Shown here in pieces: positions 24,419 through 37,165 of a DNA stretch of 64,000 nucleotides. The DNA is taken from the NCBI RefSeq assembly GCF_964194025.1, contig NC_134474.1:17732001-17796000 (forward strand), written 5' to 3'. A program made the translations under genes and the position numbers. Position 1 is the first letter of the stretch; each line of letters begins with the position of its first letter. Origin of the DNA: Convolutriloba macropyga. Its lineage: Eukaryota. The notes under the pieces are model-generated. The model was not told the origin of the DNA. It saw only the letters and a list, made by a program, of their open reading frames with translations, and did no database searches.

Positions 24419-27073
24419 AACAAGGAGGCTTAGTAAAGTGTAGTAAAGTACACTTTTGTAACCAGTAGTGAAAGAGTCACATATGATATTTTGTTACTGC
24501 TAGAGGGCGACTAAGTATGGCCAGAAACATTTTCAAAACTTAACAAAGAGGCTCGGTAATGTGCGATGGCACATAAAGTTCCGACCCCGCTCATCGACAT
24601 TTTTGGCATAAATGTCTACCAAATTAGGAACAGATAGAAAACCCCAAAGATTCAAGTATTTTTCAAAAAAAAGTTTTGTGTGAACAGAGATTGCCTCCAA
24701 CGCAAAAAACTTAATGGGGTAAAAAGGCTGCGTTAGCCTGATGAGATCAGTCATTTTTAAGAAAGCCGAGACGAACAACAAAATCAAACAACAATAACAA
24801 CAAACATTAAATGCATCCAACACTTTATGTCTATTTTATTTAAAAAAACTTAATAACAAGCTCAAAATAGCGTCAACAATTGTAGTTCACCAAAATAAAT
24901 ATGTAAGCCCTCTATGAAAAGGCTCGGTAACAATTAGAGAAAAATGAACAACAAACAGCAAAGTTAAAAAATTGGCTTAATTTTTCAAAAACAGTGAAAT
25001 TTAAAAAAATGAAAACCAAGAAATAGCAAATGAAAACATCCAAAATCTTTATGATCAAATAAGTCTCTATAGGAGGGCATTAATATCTGTCATTATTCAA
25101 TTGATTATGCGGTTACAAAAAGGACAACAAATAGAGACAATAGAAAAACTCATTTTAAAATTGCGAGAAAACGCTGTCGAAGCCGTAAAGCCATATTGGG
25201 CCCCTCAAAATTTGTTCAATTGAGCCTCCGTCAAACGCCAAAATTGTGGTATAGGCCTTCTCATGAACAAGAACAGGTAACAAGCGGGCCAGAAAAGAGA
25301 AAAAGGGCAAAATCTTAAAAAGTTTTGTTTTGTTTTCGAATACAAATCTTTTCCTGTCATGAAAGCCATTGGCTACAAAAACTCAAAAAAAAAATAGGTG
25401 CATCAAGTTATCCAAGGGAAGAACTTGAGACCTGTAATTAGCCGAATGATTCTTACATCTATAAAAAGAACGGTAAATATGGACAAAAACCAAAAATATT
25501 TTTTTTTTGAGCGAAAAACCCGTGTCGAAGCCAGTCAACTCATGAGGAATTCTTAAAGACAACAATAAATTTTGTACACTTGCACGTTTATTTTCTGCGG
25601 ACAACAGACATGACCTATGTGGTCTGTAACTAATGAGACTAGGTAAAAAATAAACAAAAATGAACAAAAAAGCGAAGTTAAACAACGTTAAAAGGAGGTT
25701 TTTTTGTTTTTGAAAATAACTGTTATCATCAGCCATCTACTCAAACCACAAAAAAGGCTCCTTTATTGCTTCATGAAATGCAAAGGAGACCTAACCCTAA
25801 AAAAGTAATTTCATACGACTAAAAAGACAAAGTAAAAACGACAGTTAAAGACAATTGTAAAAAATTCAATTAAAACATCGAGAAAGGGGTGTTGAACCCG
25901 TTAAAACCGGAATCTATTCCTTGGAAGACTTTTATATGTTCAATTATGCCTTTTTCGAAGACCAATAATTTATAAAGTGAACTGTCAAAAATGTGAAAAT
26001 GTGACGAATCAAGAAAAAACGTGAATAATGGGCCAATACCTATAAATAAAAAAAAAAAAACCTTGTGAAATTCTGTAGTAACAAAGCCAGAAAACCCTAA
26101 GTTGACGCGTAAAACTGCAAAAAGGGTTTAAAATTAATTCAATCAAAAGAAGAGGAAAAAAATGTTCTTTCTCTGCTGACATTAAGCAACAAGTTGACCA
26201 AATTAAGAGATAAATAGTGCCAAATTTCAATAAGCCATTGTTTGTTTAAAAAGCAAACATTTTTAAAAGTCAAAACGACCAAGATCTTTTGATTAAAGAA
26301 AACAGATATTTTAAATTGGATCTTTTCAGGAAGCCAGGTGAACCTGTCAACAGTGGGCTTAGATGTTAATTGTTCTGTTCTTTAATCAACATTAAAAAGC
26401 TCACATTCTTTTTTAAAAGTCCGACTGCTCACAATCCGAATTATTTTTTCGATTGTAACAGTCCAAGATTGGACCAACACCAGCCACACTGTTGTTGTTT
26501 CGTCGGTTTAGAACAATCAATTGTTTCGAAAGCTTTAGATATAGATAATTTGTTTGTTAAAGAGCAATAAAAAATGCTGCGTTTTTGATAATCATAGATT
26601 AACGTTAGCAAAAAACGGCAAAATTTTGATTCTAGACAACTCCCAATGGAAATGGAAGTAAAACTTGTTCGCTCTGTAGTGTACAAAAATTGTGTTTGTT
26701 GTCTTCGGGGTATGTAATTCCGGCAAAATTAATCGAAGCAGACTAAACAATCTTATTTCGGGCAATTTTTGATGAAAAAGGCTGAATTTTGAAATAATTA
26801 ACCAAAATTTTAGCCAGGAAAATTTAATTAAAAGGGTCAGCGAAGCCTTTTTTGTCTCCAAAAATCAATTCAACATTGCTATTATTAACAATTGCTCCAT
26901 TTTTAAGCAAAATTGACGAAATTTCAGACAAATTTCAGGAAAAAGTTAATAAAAACAACGGAAATCCGTCTATTATTCACAAAACTTCAAACCCCGATAA
27001 CTCCCTGTGAAATAAAAAATTCACAAAAAAATTTCTATACCATATTCTACGCTATAGGGGCTTTTTAGTGATA
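24419..27073 (-). mobile_element. HINE copy C (diverged, 5' tip missing) plus a 123-bp extension ending in a second Helentron-type 3' terminus
   Basis: 24542-27073 homologous to copies A and D; 24419-24541 ends in hairpin AAAGTGTA/TACACTTT followed by AGCCTCCTTGTT on the minus strand. Confidence 0.75.
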
Positions 27074-27332
27074 GGAATAGGAACAAAAATAAAGCTTTGT
27101 TGTTAAACAATCTTTAGAAGGAAAAAAATTGAGGTCGTATTCTATTGAAAAACAAGACTTTTTAAAAGGAAAAGCCTCCGTTTCCTGTAAGATCCTAAAA
27201 AAACCTTAGAAACAATAAACTCCAGAATGCGACTGTCACTGACGTGAAAACAAATTTTAAAAAAGGTGCAAGCAGAAGCGAAAAGTAGAACAGTTTCCCA
27301 TGCACACAACCGGCGCAAAACAAGAGAGATAG

Positions 27333-27894
27333 NNNNNNNNNNNNNNNNNNNNNNNNNNNNNNNNNNNNNNNNNNNNNNNNNNNNNNNNNNNNNNNNNNNN
27401 NNNNNNNNNNNNNNNNNNNNNNNNNNNNNNNNNNNNNNNNNNNNNNNNNNNNNNNNNNNNNNNNNNNNNNNNNNNNNNNNNNNNNNNNNNNNNNNNNNNN
27501 NNNNNNNNNNNNNNNNNNNNNNNNNNNNNNNNGAGAGATAGAGAGAGAATGAGAGAAAGACGGAAGAGAAACAATGAAAGAAAGACAGAAAGAAAGAAAG
27601 ATAGTATNNNNNNNNNNNNNNNNNNNNNNNNNNNNNNNNNNNNNNNNNNNNNNNNNNNNNNNNNNNNNNNNNNNNNNNNNNNNNNNNNNNNNNNNNNNNN
27701 NNNNNNNNNNNNNNNNNNNNNNNNNNNNNNNNNNNNNNNNNNNNNNNNNNNNNNNNNNNNNNNNNNNNNNNNNNNNNNNNNNNNNNNNNNNNNNNNNNNN
27801 NNNNNNNNNNNNNNNNNNNNNNNNNNNNNNNNNNNNNNNNNNNNNNNNNNNNNNNNNNNNNNNNNNNNNNNNNNNNNNNNNNNNNNNNNNNNNN
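27333..27894. other. Assembly gaps (27333-27532, 27608-27894) flanked by GA-rich low-complexity sequence
   Basis: Runs of N bordered by GAGA/GAAA repeats. Confidence 0.95.
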
Positions 27895-28812
27895 AGAGTT
27901 AAATATTCGTTCTGGAATAGTCCGCTTATTTTTGATAATTCAGTCTGATTAATCGTGTCCTTGGTGCAGAAAAAACTGTTATAAAATATACCTCAAACAA
28001 ATTTGGGAACTTTGAAAAAAACAAGAAAGCCTGCTCGAGTCTTCTTTAGTGGCAAACAGATAAAAGGACGAGAGTTTTGAGGAAAATATAATTTTTTGAA
28101 TGGTTCCTTCTATTAAAATTGCAGAGCGTTTTTGCAAAATTTTTTTGCTGTTGTGGGGGAAAAATCCGAAGAATACTACATTTAGCGACATTTAGAGGAA
28201 AAAAATCAAATCCTCCAAGAGCGATTGCAATTCTATAACAGTAATTTCAAACTGAACAGGTAGAGAAAACTATCTTTGATATCTGCTCCGAACCTACAGT
28301 AGGTGATGTTTGAGGTTGGTGACTGAGCATATGATTTTTTCATGTTATTATCTTTATTTATTTTCACAAACTTAGTTGCTCATTTGTCAATTGTACTTAG
28401 GTTATTTGATCAATCTAAGCGTTACCTTGTTATCCTTTATTTCGATTAACTGAATGAACAGAAAATCATTAAAATTATGTGATTTGGAAATTGATATTGC
28501 CAAAAAATTTGTTACAATTGCAAGGGCAAATCGTAATTTCCGAAATTACTGTCTGCTAAGTAAAATTATTTTCATGACGTTTTTTCCAGCATTAAAACGG
28601 TTCTCGTGAACCAAATTGATCACGAGAAACGTGCACAAAAAGCAACTTTTGATGTAGCTCATGCGTTGCATTGTTTTGAAGTTGGCATTGCTCTCACATT
28701 CACTACGAAACACTCCACTGAAGTACCAATTTTCTCAATGAAATTCAAATTGATCCCTGCCTCCAGATCTCATTAATAGTTTACCACTCCTAATTATCAC
28801 TCTGGATTAGTT

Positions 28813-29341
28813 CCCGGGCCGAGATGTCAACGCTAAAAGACGCAAAATTATGTAAGATTGGCGTTGAATGCGTTGAATTTATGTAAGGTCTACGCTTGAG
28901 CGTAGATCTTACATAAATTCAACGCATTCAACGCCAATTTTACACAATTTGTTGTTGAATTTTGGCGTAGATCTTACATATATAGCGTTGAAATTTAGCG
29001 TAGAACTTAAATATTTAGCGTTGAATTTAGCGTAGATCTTACATAAATTCAACGCCAATCTTACCTATTTTGCGTTGAATTTTGGCGTAAATCTTACATA
29101 TTTAGCGTTTAATTTTGGCGTAGATTTTACATATATAGCGTTGATTTTAAGCGTAGATCTTACATAAATTCAACGCATTCAAAGTCAATCCTACATATTC
29201 TGCGTTGAATTTTTGCTTAGATCTTACAAATTTAGCGTTGAATTTACCGTGGATCTTAAATAAATTCAACGCATTCAACGCCAATCTTACATATTTAGCG
29301 TTGAATTTTTGTGTAGATCTTACATATTTAGCGTTGAATTT
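28813..29341. repeat. Palindromic minisatellite or MITE interior (GCGTTGAATTT / GCGTAGATCTTACATA units in both orientations)
   Basis: About 100-bp palindrome at 28848-28948 followed by many ~31-bp units; begins at a CCCGGG possible terminus. Confidence 0.8.
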
Positions 29342-29348
29342 TTCCATT

Positions 29349-29741
29349 TCATTTCAGACCACTTTACGATTTTTTTCTAAGTAATTTTGTAAGTAATTTT
29401 TTTCTGTTTCGACCCCCTATACTGCGCAGGTGAGAAAAGCGAAGCCAGCAAAAAATCACTTTTTAGTGCTCTTTTATAATGCAAAATCCATTTCAGACCA
29501 TTTAACGATTTCAAAACTTTTCCAAGTTTTTTTCGAAAAATCATTTTTTTTCACTGTTTCGACCCCTATACTGCAAAGGTGAGAAACATGAAGTCAGAAA
29601 AAAATTATTTTTGAGTGCTCTTTTATAGTGCAAATCCAATTCAGACGATTTTATGATTTCAAATTTTTCAAGTTTTTTTTCGAAAAATTATTTTTTTACT
29701 GTTTCGATCCGTATACTGCACAAGTGAGAAAAATGAAGTCA
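29349..29741. repeat. Tandem repeat, about three copies of ~140 bp
   Basis: TTCAGAC...TGTTTCGACCCCTATACTGC...GTGAGAAAA...GAAG repeated near 29350, 29490 and 29638. Confidence 0.85.
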
Positions 29742-30639
29742 CAGCGTAAAACAAAAAACCGCTTTTTTTATAATCAAGGAGGGGTTTTTTGTTTTACGCT
29801 TCGCTGAAACTTTTTTTACCGTTGTTTTGTCTAAGATATGCCAAAAAAGAATACCGGATTTAAATAAATACCATTTTGCCATCAAAAACAGGAACAACTT
29901 CTAGTTGAAGTTGAGAGAAACACCTTCTGATCTTCTGCACTGGGGTATCTAACCAGTCCTCGTGGAGTGCCATACAGAAGTTGAAAACTAAAGTCTGCGA
30001 GACAGAAGAGGTTTTTTAATTTGACGTGATCACACACTTCAGGAAACAACCTACCTGGACGCTTTTGCGTAGCACCATACTCTGCCTACGTACGCTCGAC
30101 CATTGCGCCAGCGTCAGGTTATCGAAGCTTCCAACGGAACTATTATGGAGGAGGGAAAGTCGTTTTCTTAAACCTCTTTATAATTTGTTCAAATTCAACT
30201 CAAAATCATCGTAGGTATCCATTCTCAATCCCACTAACACGCTTTTATGGATTTTATGATGCTTTGTTGTTTGGCTGCTGCCAGAACTCATTCATTTAGC
30301 AAAGAGTTAATTTTTTTGGTATTTTGTGATGTTTGATTTGCTGATTAAAAGCGTGTAACAGAAAACGAAAGCAACCTTTTTGGCAGAGGCAAAACATATT
30401 TTCTGATGTTGAGAGATGTTAATTCACCACGTTGAAACCTTTTGAAAAACAATTTTTGAAACGCTGCTCCCTAAAGTAGTTTAACGTTTAATGTCATATA
30501 TCAGTTTGTATTCTCAAGTCTATCCATAAAAATTGCACACAATCAGCAGGTGATCAAAAGATTTGAAACGACAGAGAGCTCTTGAAAAAAAGGAGTAGTT
30601 GCAGAAATAGAGGATTTAAATTAGCAGCTTCTCTCGTTC

Positions 30640-31340
30640 AGAAACAAAATTAGCAACCTCTCCCGTAAAGAAAGATCTATAAAATTGCGCCATCTAACTG
30701 TTTTAGAGCCCCGAATGCAGATAAACGAGATCTTTAGAAGAGAGAATCTGATTTCTGACCTTATATATGAAGCGATGTCAGCACAGCTAGTTGTTTCATC
30801 GCTTTCAAAGTTTTCGGGCCAGCTCCTACAGTGCAAGCAAGGACAAGAGGACAAAACTTTGCGTTCTAAATATCATTTATTTCTTGTTTGTTTTTGTGCT
30901 TTTGTTAGATTCATTATACTTACATAGTCTCTCTTAATACTTTCAGTGGAATCTTTTGCTAAAAGGTAGATAATTTTTACATCAAAGAATGTTTTGTTGA
31001 ACCTGGATTCATAAAATCAGTGGCCCCGATTTTTATTTTTTTCATTGCCATCAGTTTTCGTTGAATTAAGCGTAAAGTTTTTCTTTTTGCAACGGCTGAA
31101 GATGAGATTTGATCTCGGTATAATGACGATCATAACTTGAAATTTTTTAGAGAGGTCGAAAATTTCTTATGTCTATTTTGGGGGTATCCTCCAATTGGAC
31201 AGTGGAGGGCATTAGCAACAGTGAATTTTTCTTTGCATGTGTATATTGATAGCATCTTTAATGGGTCCCACTCATATTGAGGGCAATGCCATAACGAAAC
31301 TCCAGTTTCGCAATGCAAAATCATTTGGTTTCAGGGTCAT
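30640..31340 (-). mobile_element. CRE-clade (restriction-like endonuclease) non-LTR retrotransposon, 3' fragment
   Basis: YEWDPLKMLSIYTCKEKFTVANALHCPIGGY..RH zinc-finger region and C-terminal YIRSEIRFSLLKISFICIRGS. Confidence 0.7.
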
Positions 31341-32944
31341 ATCGTTCCACTGGCTTGATGCTCTTCTTTCAACGGTTAAGTCAAGTGATCGATTTTTCTT
31401 CTGACTCTATTCGTCTTAATTGTTGTCATTTCTTATTTGAAATCAAGTTCTCTCTCCTTTTTCATTTCATATACAATTTGTTGTTGCTTTTGGTTGGATT
31501 CGGGCCATAGCATTCAAACAGCTTGAGGCTCTTTTCTCAATATCTAAGTCAGGTGAGCGAATCTTGTTCTGTATCAATTCACTCTTAATTGATGACATTT
31601 TTTGTTTGATATCAAGCTATTTCTCTTTTTTGCTTAAAAAATTTATTGTTGCTTTGGTTTGGATTCGGGTCCGAGTGCTTAAACAACTTGATGTTTTGTT
31701 CAATGGCTAATTCAAATGAGCGATCCTTCACTTATTCAAGTTGATCCTGAATATAGTCTGTTTGCATATGATATCAAATCATCAGCTTTTTTCGTTTCAT
31801 ATACGAGTTGTTGTTGCCCTAATTAGGATTTGCGCAAGATAGCAATAAAATGAGAAAAATGAAGTGAAAGTTTGTATTCATTAAATGGGTCTGAAGGTTT
31901 GAGCTGAAACGTTGCCATGAGACGGTAGTTAATTTAACAAAAAATAGTTGCTGTCTTGTTAAATTGATAACAACCTTCTCTTTTTCCATTATTAGAACCT
32001 GTTTTTCTATCCAACATTCTTCAAATGTGAACTATTGCCATTTTGTTCTATTGGAAGTTTGTTTTTTCAAAAAGAATTTGTATGATAATAACCGACACTA
32101 GGACCACGTTTTTCAACGAGATTTTAGCCGACACTAGGACCACGTTTTTTCAACGAGTCAAGAGTTTTTTTCAGCTTATCAAGAGAGCCGACAACTTTAC
32201 CGTTTTCCACTTACTAACTTTTTTTCTACCTTTTAACTGCGAAGAAATTGTCATCAATTTAAATAGAAGAAGCCTTCCAAATCGCTTATCATCATTCCTC
32301 AGATTGAATAGTTGTAATCAGAACGAAACAATATACTCTCTGTGTTTAATAAAAGTAAAGTTCGGGGATATATATATATATATATATAAAATCCAGCAAA
32401 ACTTTTTCTGTCCGGACTTGATCTCGTGTTTAAAAATTTCAAGGCGCATAGTATTTAATTAGCAAAAATTTGATCGCTCTGTTACTGAAACACACTTTCT
32501 TCAACAATGAATATGGAAACATCTCTTTTCCTTGCTGAGGAGAATGTGAGCTTTTAGGTACATCACAACATATGAAAAATTTCTTCAACTCTGGGAACAA
32601 TGGTTTAAGTAATGTGTCCCAACTTCAGTTGTTAGCTAGAACACATGACAAAATTGAAGGCATTATAATTATACTATACTAGTACAGGCAGCACCAGAGT
32701 TTGTCAACGCTGTCGCCAAGAAGAAGAGTCCTACAGAATCACTCAAACCAACTGTTCAGTAGACGGTAAAGAAACAAGTCGGTAGCTCACGAGCATGAAT
32801 TGGAAGTATTCGTGGTAGCAATGGTCATAAAAAACTGAAATGTAGCGGTTTTGTCAAATCCCGCGAAATCACTTAGAGAAAACAACCGTTACTGAGAAGT
32901 TGTCAGATTTTTTTTCCAAAGTGAAAAATGAATACTAATAAAAC

Positions 32945-34183
32945 TTGAAAAGCAGCTTCTCCACAATTTACAACGTTTGTCCATCACATTCAGCGGATGG
33001 TCCAATGCTGGAATTCAAAAATGTTGGCGACAGGAACAACTTTAGTGATTTGCAACAATTTCTACTTGAAAAAAACGCAAAATTGCGAAAACCAATGACG
33101 CTGAATTGAAATCTGGTACTGATGCAGCAAACACAGACTTGTCGTATATTAGTAATAACGCTCTGCACTCTTTGTTTCCAGAGTGTACAGTCTCAGCAAA
33201 TGGTCTTTATTGTCAAACACAAACGAAAACTAAGTACAAAAGGATTTCAAAGAAACAGAGTTTTCATCCATACGAACAGCCGGTTAGCTTTTCAAGGCTT
33301 TTATTATTAAAAAAACGGGTAAGAGTTATGGAAACAAATAGTAGAGCTAGTGATGTTGCTGCACAAAAACTTTTAGTTGCGGACTCTCCGGAATAATTTC
33401 TCCTTTCAAAACCGGTCTGTTATATGTTGGCAAGTGACAAACATATTCTCAGTAGTGTTACCCTACGCATTTGTTCAAATGGTCTTCAAACAATCTTACC
33501 GTCATATCCTAATCAAATAAACATTACAGAGTAAAAATTGTTGAAGCAAGTCTTTACGTGCACTAAATGACCGTGGCTGATCATGTGTTGTCTGCTATTG
33601 AAAAAAAACTTGCTTAAAACACCAGCTGTCTATCGGTAAACAGAGGTGTTTCCCAGACCTTTTCTTGTCACTGCTGGCATCCGCAGTTGGAGTCAAGAAG
33701 ACCTCTTCTCCAAAGAACTGGTTCGAAGAGTGATTTTTGCAATGTCAATAAATCATTCATATTTAGGAAACTAACAGAACAAACCATTTCGATTACCAAA
33801 AGTTCAATTTGTGTGAAAAAGTGGTTTATTGAAATGAACTATCGGTTGTTGCAACCTCAAATCCCATACCTATTTCAACAATCTCAGATCAAGGTGTCTA
33901 CTTCAATACGATTGAAGCTCTAGATTTTCTTGAAAAATGTGGTCATGGCAGTACCCTAGCCGATTTTTCAAATCACTTTACTTTGGCCTTTGGCCTTACT
34001 TCAACACAGGAGGCTTCACACGATTTCATTCATCCTGAATTAACAAATAGTTCAATTTCAGTGGAGCTCATTTTTGGAACACCTTTGAGTGAGAACGTTG
34101 AATATTTATTCATAGGGAGCGATGTTCAACTTCTTAGGTCAACTCTGAACGAAAAATTACTAAAAGTTTACATACCCAGTTGA
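32945..34183 (+). pseudogene. Polinton major capsid protein (double jelly-roll), frameshifted
   Basis: DGPMLEFKNVGDRNNFSDLQ, NNALHSLFPECTVSANG, LTSTQEASHDFIHPELTNSSISVELIFGTPL; span about 1.25 kb. Confidence 0.75.
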
Positions 34184-34570
34184 TGGATAATTTTGAAATA
34201 AGTTATCTAGTAAGTGAATTTTTCATCTGAGGTACAAGTTCTCCGGAGTTGTTGCAGCTGATAATTGTGCAAAACTGCCAGACAATTGCTTTGCTTTGGT
34301 CAATGCCTCAACACTAACATCATCTGGTAATCATTTGCAACTGACTTGTAATAAAAAACAATAGGTTTTGCTGATCCACTAGGAAACGCACTGGATTTCG
34401 ACAAAGATGTTGTTCAATTCCTCAGATTACAACCAATTCAGAACCCAATTTCAAAACATTGTAGACACTTTTGTATTTATATTGCTCATATTATTTCGAC
34501 ATATAGCTAGCCATATATACACTACATGAATGATGACCATTTAATAGGGTTTGTTAAGCATATGATCTAG
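34183..34570 (+). pseudogene. Polinton adenain-like maturation protease, frameshifted
   Basis: YKFSGVVAAD, VNAS..SSGNH(L), FADPLG, PIQ...SKHCRHFCIY match His/Asp/Gln/Cys positions; ATG overlaps an upstream TGA (TGATG at 34181). Confidence 0.75.
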
Positions 34571-35984
34571 GACAAATCAGTTAATTAATTTTTTTCAGTA
34601 ACAATTGTTTTGTAAAGAAGTTATATTTTTTACTTTGAAGCTAAATGGCTCGGTTTTTGATGAAAAAATTGCATTGAGTTTGTCAATCAAATCAAAAATC
34701 AGTTTTTATACAATAATTTTTGACACTCAGGCAGCCATATCCACCAATAATAACATCAGTAATTTTTGAAAGTTCTGCGTACGAACTGTTCTGATAACTA
34801 AAATAAAAAGTATTTAAAAGTACAAGTTGGTAGGAAATCAGCTTGGAAAAGATTTTTCCGTTTGACGGTCTCCAGTTCCAAATAATTTGGAACTTTTTGT
34901 TCAGAGCTATATAAATCAAGCTGGTGTTGATTTATTTAAAGCAGATGTCTGAAGCATGTGTATAGGCAAGGATTCGAAAAGAGGTTTGAAACAACTTTCT
35001 CGAAAGCCTCTGTTACTTAATCAGATGCTGCAATAACATGATAATAATGTTTTTTATACTAAAAAAGTTGCTATTCTCATAAAAACTGTATGCAAAATGG
35101 TTGTTGATCTCTTTAGTGTCCAATATTGGCTCAGTGCTGCAGATAAAATTGTGAAAATTCTTTTGAAACTGCCGAAAGATTTTGGGTGTTTGTTCAAACA
35201 TAGCCCCGACCGTTACTAAAATTGTGTGTCGCTCTCAGATTTTTTCTTTGCTTTCTTTTGATTGATTAACAACCTGAAATGTTTAATTCTATTCGCACTC
35301 GACGACAAATCAAGGCGATAGCGTCGTTTTCTTCACGTTGTCTTATTGCCTTCTTTTGTGATAACTTCCTCTGATTGCCCAGTCTTTATCTTTTCACAGT
35401 CTATATCTTTTCACTGTATTGTAGTTTTGAGTTAATTGTTTAATTTCAGCCAAAGGTAGTGAAAAATTGCGGTTGAAATTTAAACCACTGTTTTCGTTTT
35501 CGCAATTGTTTTTTATTATTGCAACTGTTTTTGTTTATTGCAAATGAACTTTAAACCACAGCTGCATCTCACAAAAGTTGTTTGCCTTGTTTCCAGGCCA
35601 CAAGAGTCATACAATCAGGTCTGTTGTTGTCAGTTTAGTAGAGATGAGCTGGTTCTAAGACAGGGGGAACACAAACAGAGGTTAAAGTTTGTTTAAACAG
35701 GTTGTTTAATTAGCTTCACGTGAGAATATCCCTCCACTCCTTATACAAAAAAGCCCATGCAGATACGAGGCTTGCATTTTTTTTATCACATCCTAATAAT
35801 TAAGGCTCGCAAATTATTGCACACAAGCAAAGCCCTACAGAATTTTTCAACTGTTGATTTGAAAACTTAAGTTTAAGGTTTTTGCAAGGTAATACATATA
35901 GCTAATGTGACGCAAATTTATATTGATAGGGTTTTCACCGTTTCACTCCGTCCTCACCTAACTTAGGCAATAAATGGGTAAGAT

Positions 35985-37165
35985 CCTTTTGATGCATAAC
36001 CTTAAGCCAATTCTTCTGAATTGCGTTATCTGGTGCTTCAAGGGTTCCAATTACTGCTTACCAGTCTTCCAGACCACAATTGAACTCTTTGACTTCGAAT
36101 TCCTCACCAAAGTGCTGTTCCAGTGCTTCACGGGCACATACTGCTGAAGCTAAAAAAGCAGGAAGAGCAAGTAGTTGCGCAGGAGAAACACCTAAACCAC
36201 TCTGTGAGGACGGAAGATCTAACTGATTGAACAGAGTATCAGTGAAACACACATTTGTCACATTGATTAGAGCTTTTTTTCAAATTATCATCATACTGTT
36301 TCAGTAGGTTTTTGGTCTCTTCCAGCAAATCAGGTACCTAATCTCAAAAAATAGAACAATTTGGGCATGCTAAAGCAGTTTTACAGCAGATAAAAACAAT
36401 AGAGTGCGCTCAACAGTGTTTGTTATTTTATCAAGTTCTTCGATTTTAGTTGACAAAACATCGCGCTTAACTGCATCTCCAAGCGGGGCACCTAAAATAA
36501 CATGCTGGTCTTTAGCTGTCACCTTTATACCACGACAAACCTTTTGATATTGTTGCAGATTTGTGTTATGCTGTGTGACAGTAGGTTTTTCCATAAAACA
36601 GCTCACATTTAGCAAAATTTAAACTCAAACCAAGATCTTTTTCAGAGCTCAAAACCCGCTTAAGATCTTTTAACACATTTTTGTAATCATCGGCTAAATT
36701 TCCATGATCTAAGTACCTTTCATATATTTTCGACTGCATATCATTCACAAGTACAGGAATTGTCTCTTCAAAAGGGAAGGGGCTTCAGGATCTCCTGCTG
36801 CGTCCCCTCTTCAGAAGAGATGATTGTATCGCCGTGAATCAGGAAAGTAGGCTTGCTGTGGGCTGAAAAAGCAAAAGGATACACACTGGATCTTATAGCA
36901 TGCACATGTTTTAACATAGTCTCGCAATTCAGGGAATTAAAGGCATTTTCAAAATCCAACTTAAGCAAAACATGCGTTTTAGGAGACGGCTTTTCAAGAA
37001 TGTTTCGGAAGAGATGGACCGCGATCTCTGCTCTTTTGCGAGTGCTACATCCCACTTGGTTTTTTCAAGGTATTCTTTTCGTTCATCCGAGGCTTTGGAT
37101 CCAGCGCACTTTGCAACGACTCTCCACAAGTTGTTGCCTATCGCAATGGGCCGTAGACCACCAAA
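35985..37165 (-). mobile_element. CRE-clade non-LTR retrotransposon RT fragment, copy 1
   Basis: RPIAIG..WRVVAKC, LKLDFENAFNSL, SEEGTQQ, YLDHGNL (degenerate YLDDG), GLSLNFAKCEL, LPSSQSGLG...LPAFLAS. Confidence 0.85.

Larger units (their letters stand above)
32640..34570 (+). mobile_element. Polinton/Maverick (endogenous adintovirus-like) morphogenesis module remnant
   Basis: Basic core-like peptide QAAPEFVNAVAKKKSP..VKKQVG, then a major capsid pseudogene, then a cysteine protease pseudogene, all co-oriented. Confidence 0.75.

Noticed and set aside
24496-24512. CTCF-like motif CTGCTAGAGGGCGA (also at about 58665 and weakly near 16960 and 17452)
   Set aside because: A short motif match inside a repeat; function cannot be supported from sequence alone.
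27257-27948. ORFs containing X runs
   Set aside because: Artefacts of the N gaps.
28840-29341. CRISPR-like appearance of the repeat array
   Set aside because: No unique spacers, units occur in both orientations, no cas genes, eukaryotic context.
31400-32160. ~170-bp degenerate tandem repeats and a 31-bp duplication at 32092-32157
   Set aside because: Real but ordinary local duplications with no further structure.
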